This document shows, one piece after another, positions 51,539 to 62,921 of a DNA stretch of 64,000 bases; within the stretch, counting starts at the first letter, position 1; each line of letters begins with the position of its first letter. The stretch spans positions 806,001-870,000 of the forward strand of contig NC_092673.1 of NCBI RefSeq assembly GCF_964355755.1. The letters are read 5' to 3'. Both the position numbers and the translations under genes were made by a program. This DNA comes from Antedon mediterranea (Eukaryota > Animalia > Echinodermata). A model generated the notes under the pieces. It ran no database searches and was not told where the DNA came from. It saw only the letters and a list, made by a program, of their open reading frames with translations.

Positions 51539-51716
51539 TTAAAAGACTATCTAAAATTGTTTTGATGTATTTGTGCACAGTCAGGCACTTGATCAGGGTA
51601 GGCTTTGTATCATCACCCACTAATAATAAAACAATCAACCACTAATTTAACAAAAATCAACCACTAATGTAACAATTCATTAACCACTAACAATATATCA
51701 ACAGTTTAACCACTAT

Positions 51717-52539
51717 GGGCCTGTTTCTGCTGCAACTGCTCAAAATATGGTATAAAAATACGGTATAAAATACGGTATTTTTTATACCGTATTTTTTAGT
51801 ACCCCGTTTCTGCTAACAATACTTCTTGGGTGGTCGTGTTAAATTTCATCTTTTTTACCCAAATTGCCATTCATTTATTTGATCGATAATTAAAAGTCGC
51901 AATAAAGGAAGTTTTACGTCTCACTTTCAACAGCCTAGCCCTAGTGATAGAGATGTTGTGAGAGCACAGAAAACATCGTAATGGGGACAATTAATTCGTT
52001 CCCTCCCCGAGTTATTGTATTTTGCAATGTTGTACTGCTTTCGCAGGTTCTTCAGCTTTGAGTTTACTTGCTTTGGAGACAAGTCTATTCCATACTCCTG
52101 CTTTATTTTTTTAGAAATGTCTTTATAAATGTGGTTGTCCCTTTTATTCCCTTTTAGTTGGCCAGACATTTTAGCTTCCCCACACAAATTTATTTAGTAA
52201 AACTGTGACGTCTTCGCTCCACATTTTCGCCGAATATATATATACACGTGTGTAAAACAGCTGACAGCGACAGAAAATAAAAATACGAATGTTGACCTTT
52301 TGTCATGTAAAAAAAAAATACGGTATTTTTTATTGGCAGCAGAAACGGGTACAAAAAATACGGTATAAATTTGTAAATACCGTATTTTATCCACAAATTT
52401 TGTGGGGAAAATACGGTATACAAAATACGGTATATTTTTTATGAGCGCAGTTTCTGCTGCCAAAAATATACCGTATATATACGGTATTCAAAAAATACCG
52501 TATAATATACGGTATTTAGTTGGCAGCAGAAACAGGGCC
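51717..52539 (-). mobile_element. Harbinger/PIF deletion derivative carrying a Myb/SANT (trihelix) ORF fragment at 51927-52187
   Basis: tat|gggcctgtttctgctgc ... gcagcagaaacagggcc|tat; subterminal aaaatacggtat repeats; IYKDISKKIKQEYGIDLSPKQVNSKLKNLRKQY..SGRERINCPHYD resembles the Harbinger Myb-like protein. Confidence 0.8.
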
Positions 52540-53464
52540 TATGTTACAAATTTCATAAACCACTAACAAAATTTAACCACTAAAACGTAACAATAGAAAA
52601 TAGAAATTGTAGACATTGTTTGTCATATTTTTTTGTTTTAAAAGGCTTATCAGGGTACATCCATGTACACAGGTTCATGGTACATCAAAGCAAAACACAA
52701 AATAAGACTACATTAAATTCAAGTTTATTAATTCAAGATTGATTTGTAGAAATTTTAGGGAAAAAAGTTTTCAAAAGTATAGCTTCCATATTTTATGGTC
52801 CATCAGCTGCAAATACAGTTGTGAAAATAGAACACTATTCGATAGTCTAGCACATTTCAATTTACTGTACACAGCCAATGTAAACTTTTAATACTTATAA
52901 TTTAAGTCATCGTCTTAAACGCTAAACGTTGTTAGGCATTGCGCGTCTCACTTGTGTTCGCCACTCTGTACGTTTTTTAGTAAGCATGTGTATAGGTTCG
53001 CATGTGAAAATGTCCGTTTCTTTTTTTATGTTTGCCATCAATGTTGTTTTCGGTCTTTTGAGCCTCTATGAGTGCGATCTTAGTGGGTAAATCTTAATTT
53101 AAGTATAAATACCTAAGTGTAAATATCATTGTTTTATTCCTGAAAGGCATTATATTTGGATTTATAACAAAGAATATGTAAAAAATAGTTTTATTTAATT
53201 TTTTAGCACATTTCAATGCAAAACATGTGATAGCTAGATTCATGCAATGGATAGGGATGTGATTGGTTTACAAAACCATTGCATTATATAGATTCACAGC
53301 TTATGAGTACATAACTCTACAGTTTACGATGCGGGTCAGAACTTAGGTCAGAACGTCAGGTCAGGGTTCGTTTTGTTGAGCTGAAAATATCAACTTGTAA
53401 GAAAGTGACTGTAAAGTGTTTATATTTTATTTTATCTCATTTTTTTTACTTTTGTATTTTTTTA

Positions 53465-53933
53465 AGTAGATACAATAAATCATATTAAGTAGGTACTGTA
53501 CAATAAATCATATTAAGTAGGTACTGTACAATAAATCATATTAAGTAGGTACTGTACAATAAATCATATTAAGTAGGTACTGTACAATAAATCATATTAA
53601 GTAGGTACTGTACAATAAATCATATTAAGTAGGTACTGTACAATAAATCATATTAAGTAGGTACTGTACAATAAATCATATTAAGTAGGTACTGTACAAT
53701 AAATCATATTAAGTAGGTACTGTATAATAAATCATATTAAGTAGGTACTGTACAATAAATCATATTAAGTAGGTACTGTACAATAAATCATATTAAGTAG
53801 GTACTGTACAATAAATCATATTAAGTAGGTACTGTACAATAAATCATATTAAGTAGGTACTGTACAATAAATCATATTAAGTAGGTACTGTACAATAAAT
53901 CATATTAAGTAGGTACTGTATAATAAATCATAT
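53465..53933. repeat. 28-bp minisatellite, about 16.5 nearly identical copies
   Basis: Unit tacaataaatcatattaagtaggtactg. Confidence 0.95.
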
Positions 53934-54135
53934 TTAGAATAAAATTTACATTGAGTCTTTTGTTTTATTGATACAATATTTCTTGCAATATAATATTGAT
54001 TTTGTTAAAATTACTTGATGTTTTAATGTTCATGGTTTTTAAATGAATGATTAAATTATGATTATACAGACCATGTGGATTTGCTATACAGACCACAGAT
54101 GTAAAAAATCATAGTTTTCTGTTCAATCTCACTAT

Positions 54136-54301
54136 AGCTTGGTTCCCACTAGAACGTAATGCAAGGACGTAAATGCAACGCAAGCGTTTTAACCAATGAC
54201 AAGCGAAGTTATAGACAGTTAGCAATCACAAGCGAATAAGCCATCGCTTGTGATTGGTCAATTCACTTGCGTTGCGTTGCGTCGCTAGTGGCAACCACGC
54301 T
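54136..54301. mobile_element. Small MITE (TIR agcttggttcccactag); relative at about 6931-7050
   Basis: agcttggttcccactag ... ctagtggcaaccacgct, with internal inverted gcaacgcaag/cttgcgttgc. Confidence 0.6.
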
Positions 54302-55724
54302 TAACCGTTTTGATATTCTATACATGTAATGGAAACAGATTGTAATCTTGCAACAATGCAACATTTCTTTTAAAATTGAGATAACAGAATGACGATTTAC
54401 TAAGGTGGAACGGGAGAATTAAGTTCAGGCCCTTAATACCCCTTCCACCACCACACTTCCCACTACCTCACAATCCTGTAATCACCATTGTACCTGTCTT
54501 ATAAAATAGATATAGGTAGGTTCTCATTTATGCTTATAGGTCTTATTCTATAAAAATTGTTACACATTTACCTATTTTGTTGTTGTCCTACAAGATGAGA
54601 TGAAGAGGATCCAATTTGTATGCATGAGTTTAATTAGAATATCCAATATGATAGTATAAACATCCCCTCCATGCCAACAGAGTAAGACATATTTTCATAT
54701 CAAATTTGCCGCCAACTTATCAACCACAAACTGCTTTTGTATTCAAATTCACTGTGCACATAATATTTGTTCAACTGTTCAACTGTTCAACCATTCAACA
54801 AATGGAATTTGGAATTTTTAGGGGAATTCCCTTCCTTATTACTGTATAAGCCTACATATGTAAGTAACAAGGTATTTATTCTAGACCTCCTCTCCTGCTT
54901 TTGGATGAAGATTCAAGTCTGTTTAGTTGATATGATGATACTTTTTAAAATATTAAGTATATAAATTATTTACCTGAAAAAAATGTAATTTAAAATTAAA
55001 GAAAAAAATACTTAAATTGTCAGTCAGACAATGGTTTTTAGTTAAAATTAACCGTTTCTTTTGACTTTTTATATTAAGTGAAATAATTTTTTTTACAGAA
55101 GTGAATAACTTTATAAAAACTGCAAAATTGCCTATTTAAATTTATTAATCTTCATTTTTTGGGGGGACAATACATCTGTAAGACTGGAGGAGGATGTAAA
55201 AATTCAACAGAATCATAAACTAATACAAACAACAGACCACCTAGTTAATTTTAATTAATACTATTCTATGAATGTTACTGTACCTTGCTGGCAACAGTCC
55301 TGATGATCAAACCAGCCAAACAAAAATAATTATATTCATTGTTTAGCAACGCAACCATTTTATTTTAATAGTGGAAGAGAAAGTATGAAATGACAATGAC
55401 ATCCTGTTTTATTGGTCAATTGAGATTTGAACATGACTACAGGAAATATCAATACATTAACCCTTTAAGTGTTATGCTAATTAAATTGATTCTTATAAGA
55501 TCTAATCTATAGGGAACATAGTTCATTATTATTAGCTACTGTGTACTTGGATGTATACAAGGAAAAGGTAGGTTTTAATATTATTTGTGCGTAACATCTT
55601 AAATCTAAATCTCCTTCCTTCATGTTAAACATCTAAAATAATTGAAATAAATATAAAACTACTTTTTAATGTAAAGTAAAACAAGAAAATCAGTAAAAAG
55701 GTTCATCTGGATCACTGTATAGTA

Positions 55725-56608
55725 TTTTTAAGTAAATTTTCTTTTGGATGATCCAAAGTCGAATAAAATTCGTAAACTTACGTTTTTTACTCTAGCTTTC
55801 GCTGGTCAACGACGCAACTTAATCATGAGTGAGTCTCTGTGACTTGGACTTGTTACCATCAGATCTCGTATATGGCACAGCGCCACCCACAGATCGCCCA
55901 GGCTTTCCCAAACGGGACCGCCGGGCCCCCCCCCCCCCTCAGCAAGCCGTTGCACAACCCCGGGAGCTCCAAACCGCCGCCGCCTCCGTTCACAGTGTCA
56001 CCACGCTTTCTTATCCTTACCGATTCCCTCATCTTCCCGTCCCTCCACGATGACTCTGCGCCAAGCATCTCCACGTCCCAACCTGGCAAATGAGTGCGAG
56101 TGGCCACGCGATCGGCGATGGCCGAGTCGCGAACAACCTCTGAAGCCGAATCCCTGGCCGAACGCGCCAGGACCCCTGCACAACGCGAAGCGACACCCGC
56201 CCCGCGCTCCTCAAGGCTCCCGCCGCCTCTCCCACATATGCTTTATCGCAGTTGTTGCAATTCACTTGGTACATCACACCAGACCCGTCATCACCTCTTA
56301 TTTCGCCCCTTGGGTGAACCAAAAGACTTCCCAACTTGTCTCGTGTTTTACTCCACGAGGTTTGGAGCCCCCGGGGTTGTGCAACGGCTTGCTGAGGGGG
56401 GGGGGGGCCGGCGGTCCCGTTTGGGAAAGCCTGGGCGATCTGTGGGTGGCGCTGTGCTATATACGAGATCTGATGGTAACAAGTCCAAGTCACAGAGACT
56501 CACTCATGAATTAAGCTGCGTCGTTGACCAGCGAAAGCTAGAGTAAAAAACTTAAGTTTACGAATTTTATTCGACTTTGGATCATCCAAAAGAAAATTTA
56601 CTTAAAAA
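55725..56608 (-). mobile_element. Penelope-like retroelement 3' remnant (GIY-YIG endonuclease) with an inverted pseudo-LTR
   Basis: Inverted arms of about 250 bp at 55725-55975 and 56359-56608. The minus strand encodes LLVHP....SGVMYQVNCNNCDKAYVGE and, after frameshifts, THLPGWDVEMLGAESSWRDGKMRESVRIRKRGDTVN...LELPGLCNGLL, the Penelope endonuclease C-terminus. Confidence 0.85.
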
Positions 56609-56812
56609 CAAGAATATCATTTTGGAATAATGATGTATTGATGTATTGGTAAAGCCTAGCGATATTGTTTTGAGTGAATGTTATTGTTATATAGATATAA
56701 TGAACAATTTAATTCCAATAAATTAATCTGGGCAAAATGAAAGAAAAATGTATATAACAATAGATAGATAGAAATTTAAAGTTTCCTATAAGTTGTTTGT
56801 TACGATACAGGT

Positions 56813-59427
56813 ATGGATTGCAGAAATAAAGACATTCTTCGGAGCTGTAGAGTTCAGCTTTCTCAAGATCTGACAATTGAGGAACTGTGGAATCCTTTAG
56901 TAGAAGTTGGTCTGTTTACACCACCCGAACTTCAACGGATAAATCGGCCAAGCAGTGGGATTGAAGATGCAATGACTCGCCTACTAGATGCTCTTGAACA
57001 AAAAGGACCACTGGCCTTGAAGGACTTTAAAACTGCCCTGACGAAAGGTGTTAATAAACCGCATTTGCTTGATTTACTCAACCAAAATGTTGAACAGAAA
57101 GGTAGGACACAGTGGCAGTAGTAATGAGTGAGTAAATGTGAGTGGCGGTGGGGTCTGAAGGACAGACAGATTTATTTGCAGTGCAGATTTTGGGTTGAGC
57201 TTCTAGAATTAAATCTAGCACCTCATAATAATTATTATTCTCATTATTATGATTCTGATCCCATACCATCATTATGATGATGACAATGTTGACAATGGTG
57301 ATAATGATGACAATGGGCCCGTTCGGACGGGACTGAAACTACCGTGTACTTCCAACTGTGAGGTCGCGTGTGGCAATTAACTTACGCCTCCGGCTATAAA
57401 AAATTAGAAAACCATCTGGACGAAAAATCCACCAACTTTACTGGTTATCTCAATCCCATTCCAATTACACGCTGCCTCGGGGTATAAATAATCAAGCGTT
57501 AACGGGGTCATGTCAAATCGCGACCTCAAATAAGCTTTCTGATTGTTTAACAATTATTGTTTAAAATGTTCTTTTTCGTTAATGCGAATGTATATCTATT
57601 GTTTTGTAAAATTATATATAAATAATCAACTTGTTGGTTTTTTTCCGGTGACCTGAACTTGCGAATCGGTGGCTTATAATGTACATGTAACGGCAGGGAG
57701 TTCTGTATTGTGGTAGCCTGGTGTCTGTGAATTACCACATCAACCGTTCGGCTCGCACGATAAGAGGGGTACAGTGCGTGTTCAATGGAATTTTTACAAC
57801 AATAGTTCGGCTCGCACGATGAATACACGTGTTAATTTTTACAAGAGGGGTACAGTGCGTGTACATTAAATGGAATTTTCACAATAGTTCGGCTCGCACG
57901 ATAAATACACGTGGTGATTTTTACAAGAGGGGTACAGTGCGTGTACATTAAATGGAATTTCCACAACAATAGTTCGGCTCGCACGATAAATACATGTGGT
58001 GATTTTTACAAGAGGGGTACAGTGCGTGTACATTAAATGGAATTTCCACAACAATAGTTCGGCTCGCACGATAAATACACGTGGTCAACAAACAACATAC
58101 GTTAGCAGGATTTACGATCATTATTTATTTAAAAAGTAAATTGTATTCGATGTATTATAAATATATAGGTCTGGTTGTCGATTGAAAAATAATAATTGAA
58201 CGATTCGCGCGCGAAACGACATGCAATATCCAGTTGAATTTGTCAACACGCCATGTCAATTGATATGGGTCGACGCACAGAGGGCGCTTTTTGACCTAAG
58301 AATTCCGATCTTAATTGGTTTCGTGTCAGCTTACCGGTACTTTGTTTATTCGTACGAACGTCGTATGGGTTTTACCCCAAGGGTAAAAACCAAATAAACG
58401 TGTATTTCAATCGCTGTACGAAGAATGTTGACAATGGTGATAATGATGACATTGATACATGACAACACTCCCGTTTTGGCCAGGAGACTGTCATATTTTA
58501 GACTTGTTTCCCGGCCTAATATTGTGCTCCCGGTTTTCCACATTTTTGTCCGAATGAATTTTGATGTATATGTGTTTTTTTCTGCATTCAAATATAACAA
58601 AAAGGCTTATAGTTTACACACAAGCAAATTTATGATATTTATAATATAATTTTTTGCTGATTTTGTCCTCAACGGAAAGGGGGTTCCCCTTACATAGCCA
58701 CCATGGGATATCACTGCACTCCTTACCTCTCGATAATAGACAGAGGGGGTTGTTGACATATGAAAGGGGATAGCCACCATGGGATATCATGCACTCCTTA
58801 CCTCTCGATAATAGACAGAGGGGGCTGTTGACATAAAAAACACCACCTTCAGATGTTGGCATGTATGCAATGATGATGATTATGATGTTGATGATAAGAA
58901 GTATTCCGATAATAATTAGGCTGATTGACATAATCAAAATGATGATAATTCATTCTTATCTTTCAGAAAGAAAGGTTGAAATATATGAAAGTGAGTTATC
59001 CTTACTAGTTAAACTAGACCAGAGGACAAAGGATAAGAAAATGGAACTTAAAGACTTTTTAAACGCTACATGCCTAGAACAAGATGATGGAAGTTTTAAG
59101 ATCACAAAAGAAGATAGAAACACATTTTTGGAAGAACTTGACAATCTAGACAAAATAAATGATGATGGTACCACCATATTTTGTGGAGTATGTGTATGTA
59201 CTGGTGACAACCCACCATTGTGCTCTACAAGTAATCGGTTACAAGTAGAGCTGGATAAAGTAAAAGCAAAAAGTACGACCATGCTATCAGACATTCAAAA
59301 AGTAGTTTCAAATATGTTAATCTCTTCAGGAGGTGATGATACTGAAGAAACAATAAGTGGTGAAATTAAAATGGATTTGAACAAGCTTGTTTTTGATATA
59401 GAAAATGATAAAGAAAGTTTTGCTTGA
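56813..59427 (+). CDS. CARD-domain protein (two coding exons) with an unrecognised Cys-containing C-terminal domain
   Basis: Exon 56813-57101 (MDCRNKDILRSCRVQLSQDL...LLDALEQKGPLALKDFKTAL..NKPHLLDLL, caspase-9/RAIDD-type CARD), phase-1 donor G|gtagga, joins exon 58967-59427 (acceptor tctttcag, in frame). Confidence 0.75.
57313..58423. mobile_element. 1.1-kb insertion with an internal ~85-bp tandem array and terminal hairpins, flanked by a 28-bp direct repeat
   Basis: aatgttgacaatggtgataatgatgaca at 57285-57312 and 58424-58451; gttcggctcgcacgat units at about 57746, 57805, 57887, 57972 and 58057; hairpins cccgt-tcgg-acggg and ttttaccc-caa-gggtaaaa. Confidence 0.6.
58693..58835. repeat. Direct repeat of about 76 bp, two copies
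   Basis: atagccaccatgggatatca.tgcactccttacctctcgataatagacagagggg..tgttgacata occurs twice. Confidence 0.85.
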
Positions 59428-60989
59428 ACAGCAGTGTGCCTAGATACAATTGTAAGTCACAACCATTTGTAGGTTCAAAAAATCTTTTTCTTAGAAAGTT
59501 GGTAGATAAATGCACTAGGAACAGAATTAGCTGATAAATTAAGAAAGTTAAAAACATACACATATTTTAATGGCTTTAATTATATATTCTGTAACTGAAG
59601 CTACATATTTGAACAAAACCAAATTTAATAGTGTCAATATACCAACTAATACTATTATTTAATTGTACTATCATTTGACCAAATTTGACAAAATAGAAAA
59701 AATGAGTAAGGTAAAAATACTGTTGTACAGATTACATTTTGTAAAAGTTTTAGATATTTGTATCATTACTTCATAAAATAAACTCTGAAATAAACATGAT
59801 TTGTGGTTTCTTTTTTCTATAAATATAAAAAAATACTAGTGAACCTATTTTTGAAATACCAGCTTTTTAAAGCTAATGTATGTTAATATAAAGATATGAG
59901 TATGGTGCCCTCTACAGAATTAATTGTGAAATGGTTTAGTTTCTCCCAGGTAAATATTGGTATTTTTCTGATTATTCAAGTTTTTAAGAAAACATTTTTA
60001 AAAGTTGATTTTCAAAAACATGTTTTGATTTCTTCCATCCACAAAAAATCTAATCATAGTATTATATATATTAATTATAATAATACAAAATCATTAGAAA
60101 ATAAAATACCAACTACGTATTTACTGGTAATCCCCCAGGTAATAAAAATAGAATTGGCAGCCATTTTAGACAACAATAAGAGTACAATTACACACCGCCA
60201 GGTACGTAGTCTTGATTACTTTCATATTAAAAAGCTTTAAATAAAACATGTTGATTTGATACATCATCAGCATTAGTTCATCATTTATCAGTGGTCTAAT
60301 GAACAATATATATTCAATATTATAATCATTTTTAACGTCTAAGTTAAATTTTATGATGTTCAAATGTTATGACGTTAAACAGTAGCTGTTTAACTAAACA
60401 CTAAGTACAGGGTACTCTGTCTTCAGGAAGTGGTTAGTGCCTGGCTTTGGTATTACAATTACATATTGACAGAAAAAGTTGCCTAAGGTTATAAACGTAC
60501 TATATGTGTTTACATATAAAAAACAACTAATATTGATTAACAAGGTATAATGTATAAATGCATAAATTATCACTTTATATCATGTTAATGTTGAACGACA
60601 GTGATTCTGTTTTTTAAATTTTAAAATACTATTGAAATGTTTTTAACTTATATATTTTTACCTAGAACGCAACAAATTATTCTTTAAAAAAAGTGTAGGC
60701 CTACACCTTTCATGACACACAAAATACACATTTCTGGGAGATTTTTGGCGTTATTCTATAAATGTTATACTATTAAACAAAAGTGGCGTGTCATTAAATT
60801 TTTTTTTATCTAAAAATGTTATGGAATAGATCCTAAGCTTGATGATAGTTTTAGTTCAAATACAAACAAAATAAAATATCTTTTGAATATAATGATATAA
60901 TTCTTAGAGACTTATAATTTTAAAAAGGTCTACAAAAAGCGACACCAATTAGTCATTAAGTTTAAATCTATTTTTCCAGACCTGTTGAA

Positions 60990-62376
60990 ATGAATTCTGA
61001 AGACAAAAGAAGACTGCGGCAATGTAGAGTTCCGCTCTGTCGTGATTTGAGGGTTGGTGAAATACGGGACGCCTTAATTCAAGTCAGTTTGTTCACACCA
61101 ATGGAACTTGAAAATCTTGAACAACATGAATCACCGATGTCCCATTTATTAGATGACATAGAAAGAAAAGGACCAGATGCAATACAGCTTTTTATAAAAG
61201 CTTTGGAATTTGTTGATAAGCCTCATTTAATTGAGATAATCAATGAAAATACTACAATGAAAGGTAAGTTTAAGTTATGTTGCAAATATGACTATTTCTT
61301 CTGAAATTCCAAAATAAAATGTTGAACAATTATTCAATAATCAACCTGCTATGAAAAGTCTTATTATACTGTAAACAATTATGGAAGATCAACACGAAAT
61401 GATTATAACCATAATAACACAGTGGCAGATCAAAAATTGTGGAAAAAAAACAAAATACAGGGCCTAAAATAGTAAATTGTATTGTTGTATTAACTTTTGC
61501 ATTGTAAATTAAAAAATTTAGGGAAGGGGAGATTAGACCGCTGAACAAACAATCCTCCTCCCCTCCCCTGAATCCGCCTATGCAACAGAACTGTAGAGTA
61601 AACAAATAATTTGATATTACATTAACAATTTTTTCACAGGTGGACAGAAGAAAATATTGCAACTTGACCTGCCAATGGATTACAAAGATTGTACATTGAA
61701 AGAGAAGGAAGGTATTATATAATATAATATAATATAATATGTTTCGCATACATATATATTCACTTAAAGACTACTGTATAACCAAATATACTGTAACTTG
61801 AATACTTCATAAAGAAACCATATGAACAGAATGCAATAGAACTAAACAATATTAACATGTTTTTTTTATCCAGAGGATCCCAACATAGAAGGTGCAAGTT
61901 TACTGGAAAAACACCTTAATGATGTTCATGACAACATAACAGAACTCCAAACTAAATTAGAAAAGTGTGAATCAGAATACGAAGAGTCAAAAACGAATGA
62001 AGAAAAATTAAGATTGAAAGTTGGTATTTTACAGAGAACTCAAAAGGATTTGAATGCACAAATTTTGTACTTAAATGGGTATGTACATTTTCTGGCAGAA
62101 ATGCACAAAAATTCACAAGCACATGTCTACACAATTATCAGCAGTTTGGTAGAGAAAATAAAACTGTTAACAATACAGCAGGAACATTTTAAGATGGGGC
62201 AGACATACCTATTTGATCAAAACACAATTCTGTTGAATGAAAAACAAATTCTGATGACGGAAAATGCAGATCTGAAGATTGAAAACACACTGCTAAGAAA
62301 GGAATTGGAGAAACGAAAACAGGTTGCTGAAAATAATGAGGGTGAATCCTCTAAAAGAAAAAAATTGAACTTGTAA
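60990..62376 (+). CDS. CARD + coiled-coil protein with a basic, NLS-like C-terminus (three coding exons)
   Basis: Exons 60990-61263 (MNSEDKRRLRQCRVPLCRDL...LLDDIERKGPDAIQLFIKALEFVDKPHL), 61640-61711 and 61874-62376, all phase 1 and open; ends KRKQVAENNEGESSKRKKLNL. Confidence 0.8.
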
Positions 62377-62921
62377 CTTGTTTTGCTGGTAAGACTTTGC
62401 ATTCACTCCACATAAATGGTCAATTGTGGGTTAAATGTGTGCAAGATTTTCTTAATCTACAACACAGGGGTGCTATTCACGAAATGTGCAAAATAAATGC
62501 AATACAACATTCAGCCTATTTTTAAAAAAACAGACAACAGTAATTTTTTTTTAATCCTACATAGATCACAATGAATCAACAGAAGCTACAGTAATTAATT
62601 CCTAAGCCAATAAAAATAAATAAATCTTTAGAAGTTTGCAGCAGGCTGCAACATAATTTATATATTTATGACATAAATATATTGTAAATAAAACTTATAT
62701 ATTTAATATTAAATGTAAACTTAATTTTATTTTAAATGGTTATTAGTTATTACTCTCCATTCAGACATTTAAAAAAAAATTGAATTATTGACCACCAGAG
62801 GGGGACAAATACGTACCATTTTAATATTGTATTTACTATGTAACAATTCAAACAATACCTTACAGGTAATAATTATTCACAAATTTTGTATTTAATGATT
62901 TTCTAGAATAGGCTGATTAAA

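Noticed and set aside
53465-53933. Second 28-bp array as a CRISPR
   Set aside because: Head-to-tail units with no spacers; an ordinary minisatellite.
55829-56546. Multiple overlapping Pro/Arg/Gly-rich ORFs
   Set aside because: A by-product of the high GC content and inverted repeat of the Penelope relic; only the GIY-YIG fragments are meaningful.
56813-62376. Caspase-9/caspase-2 or MAVS orthologs
   Set aside because: No caspase catalytic exons (QACxG) follow either CARD, and neither CARD gene ends in a TM segment in the models traced.
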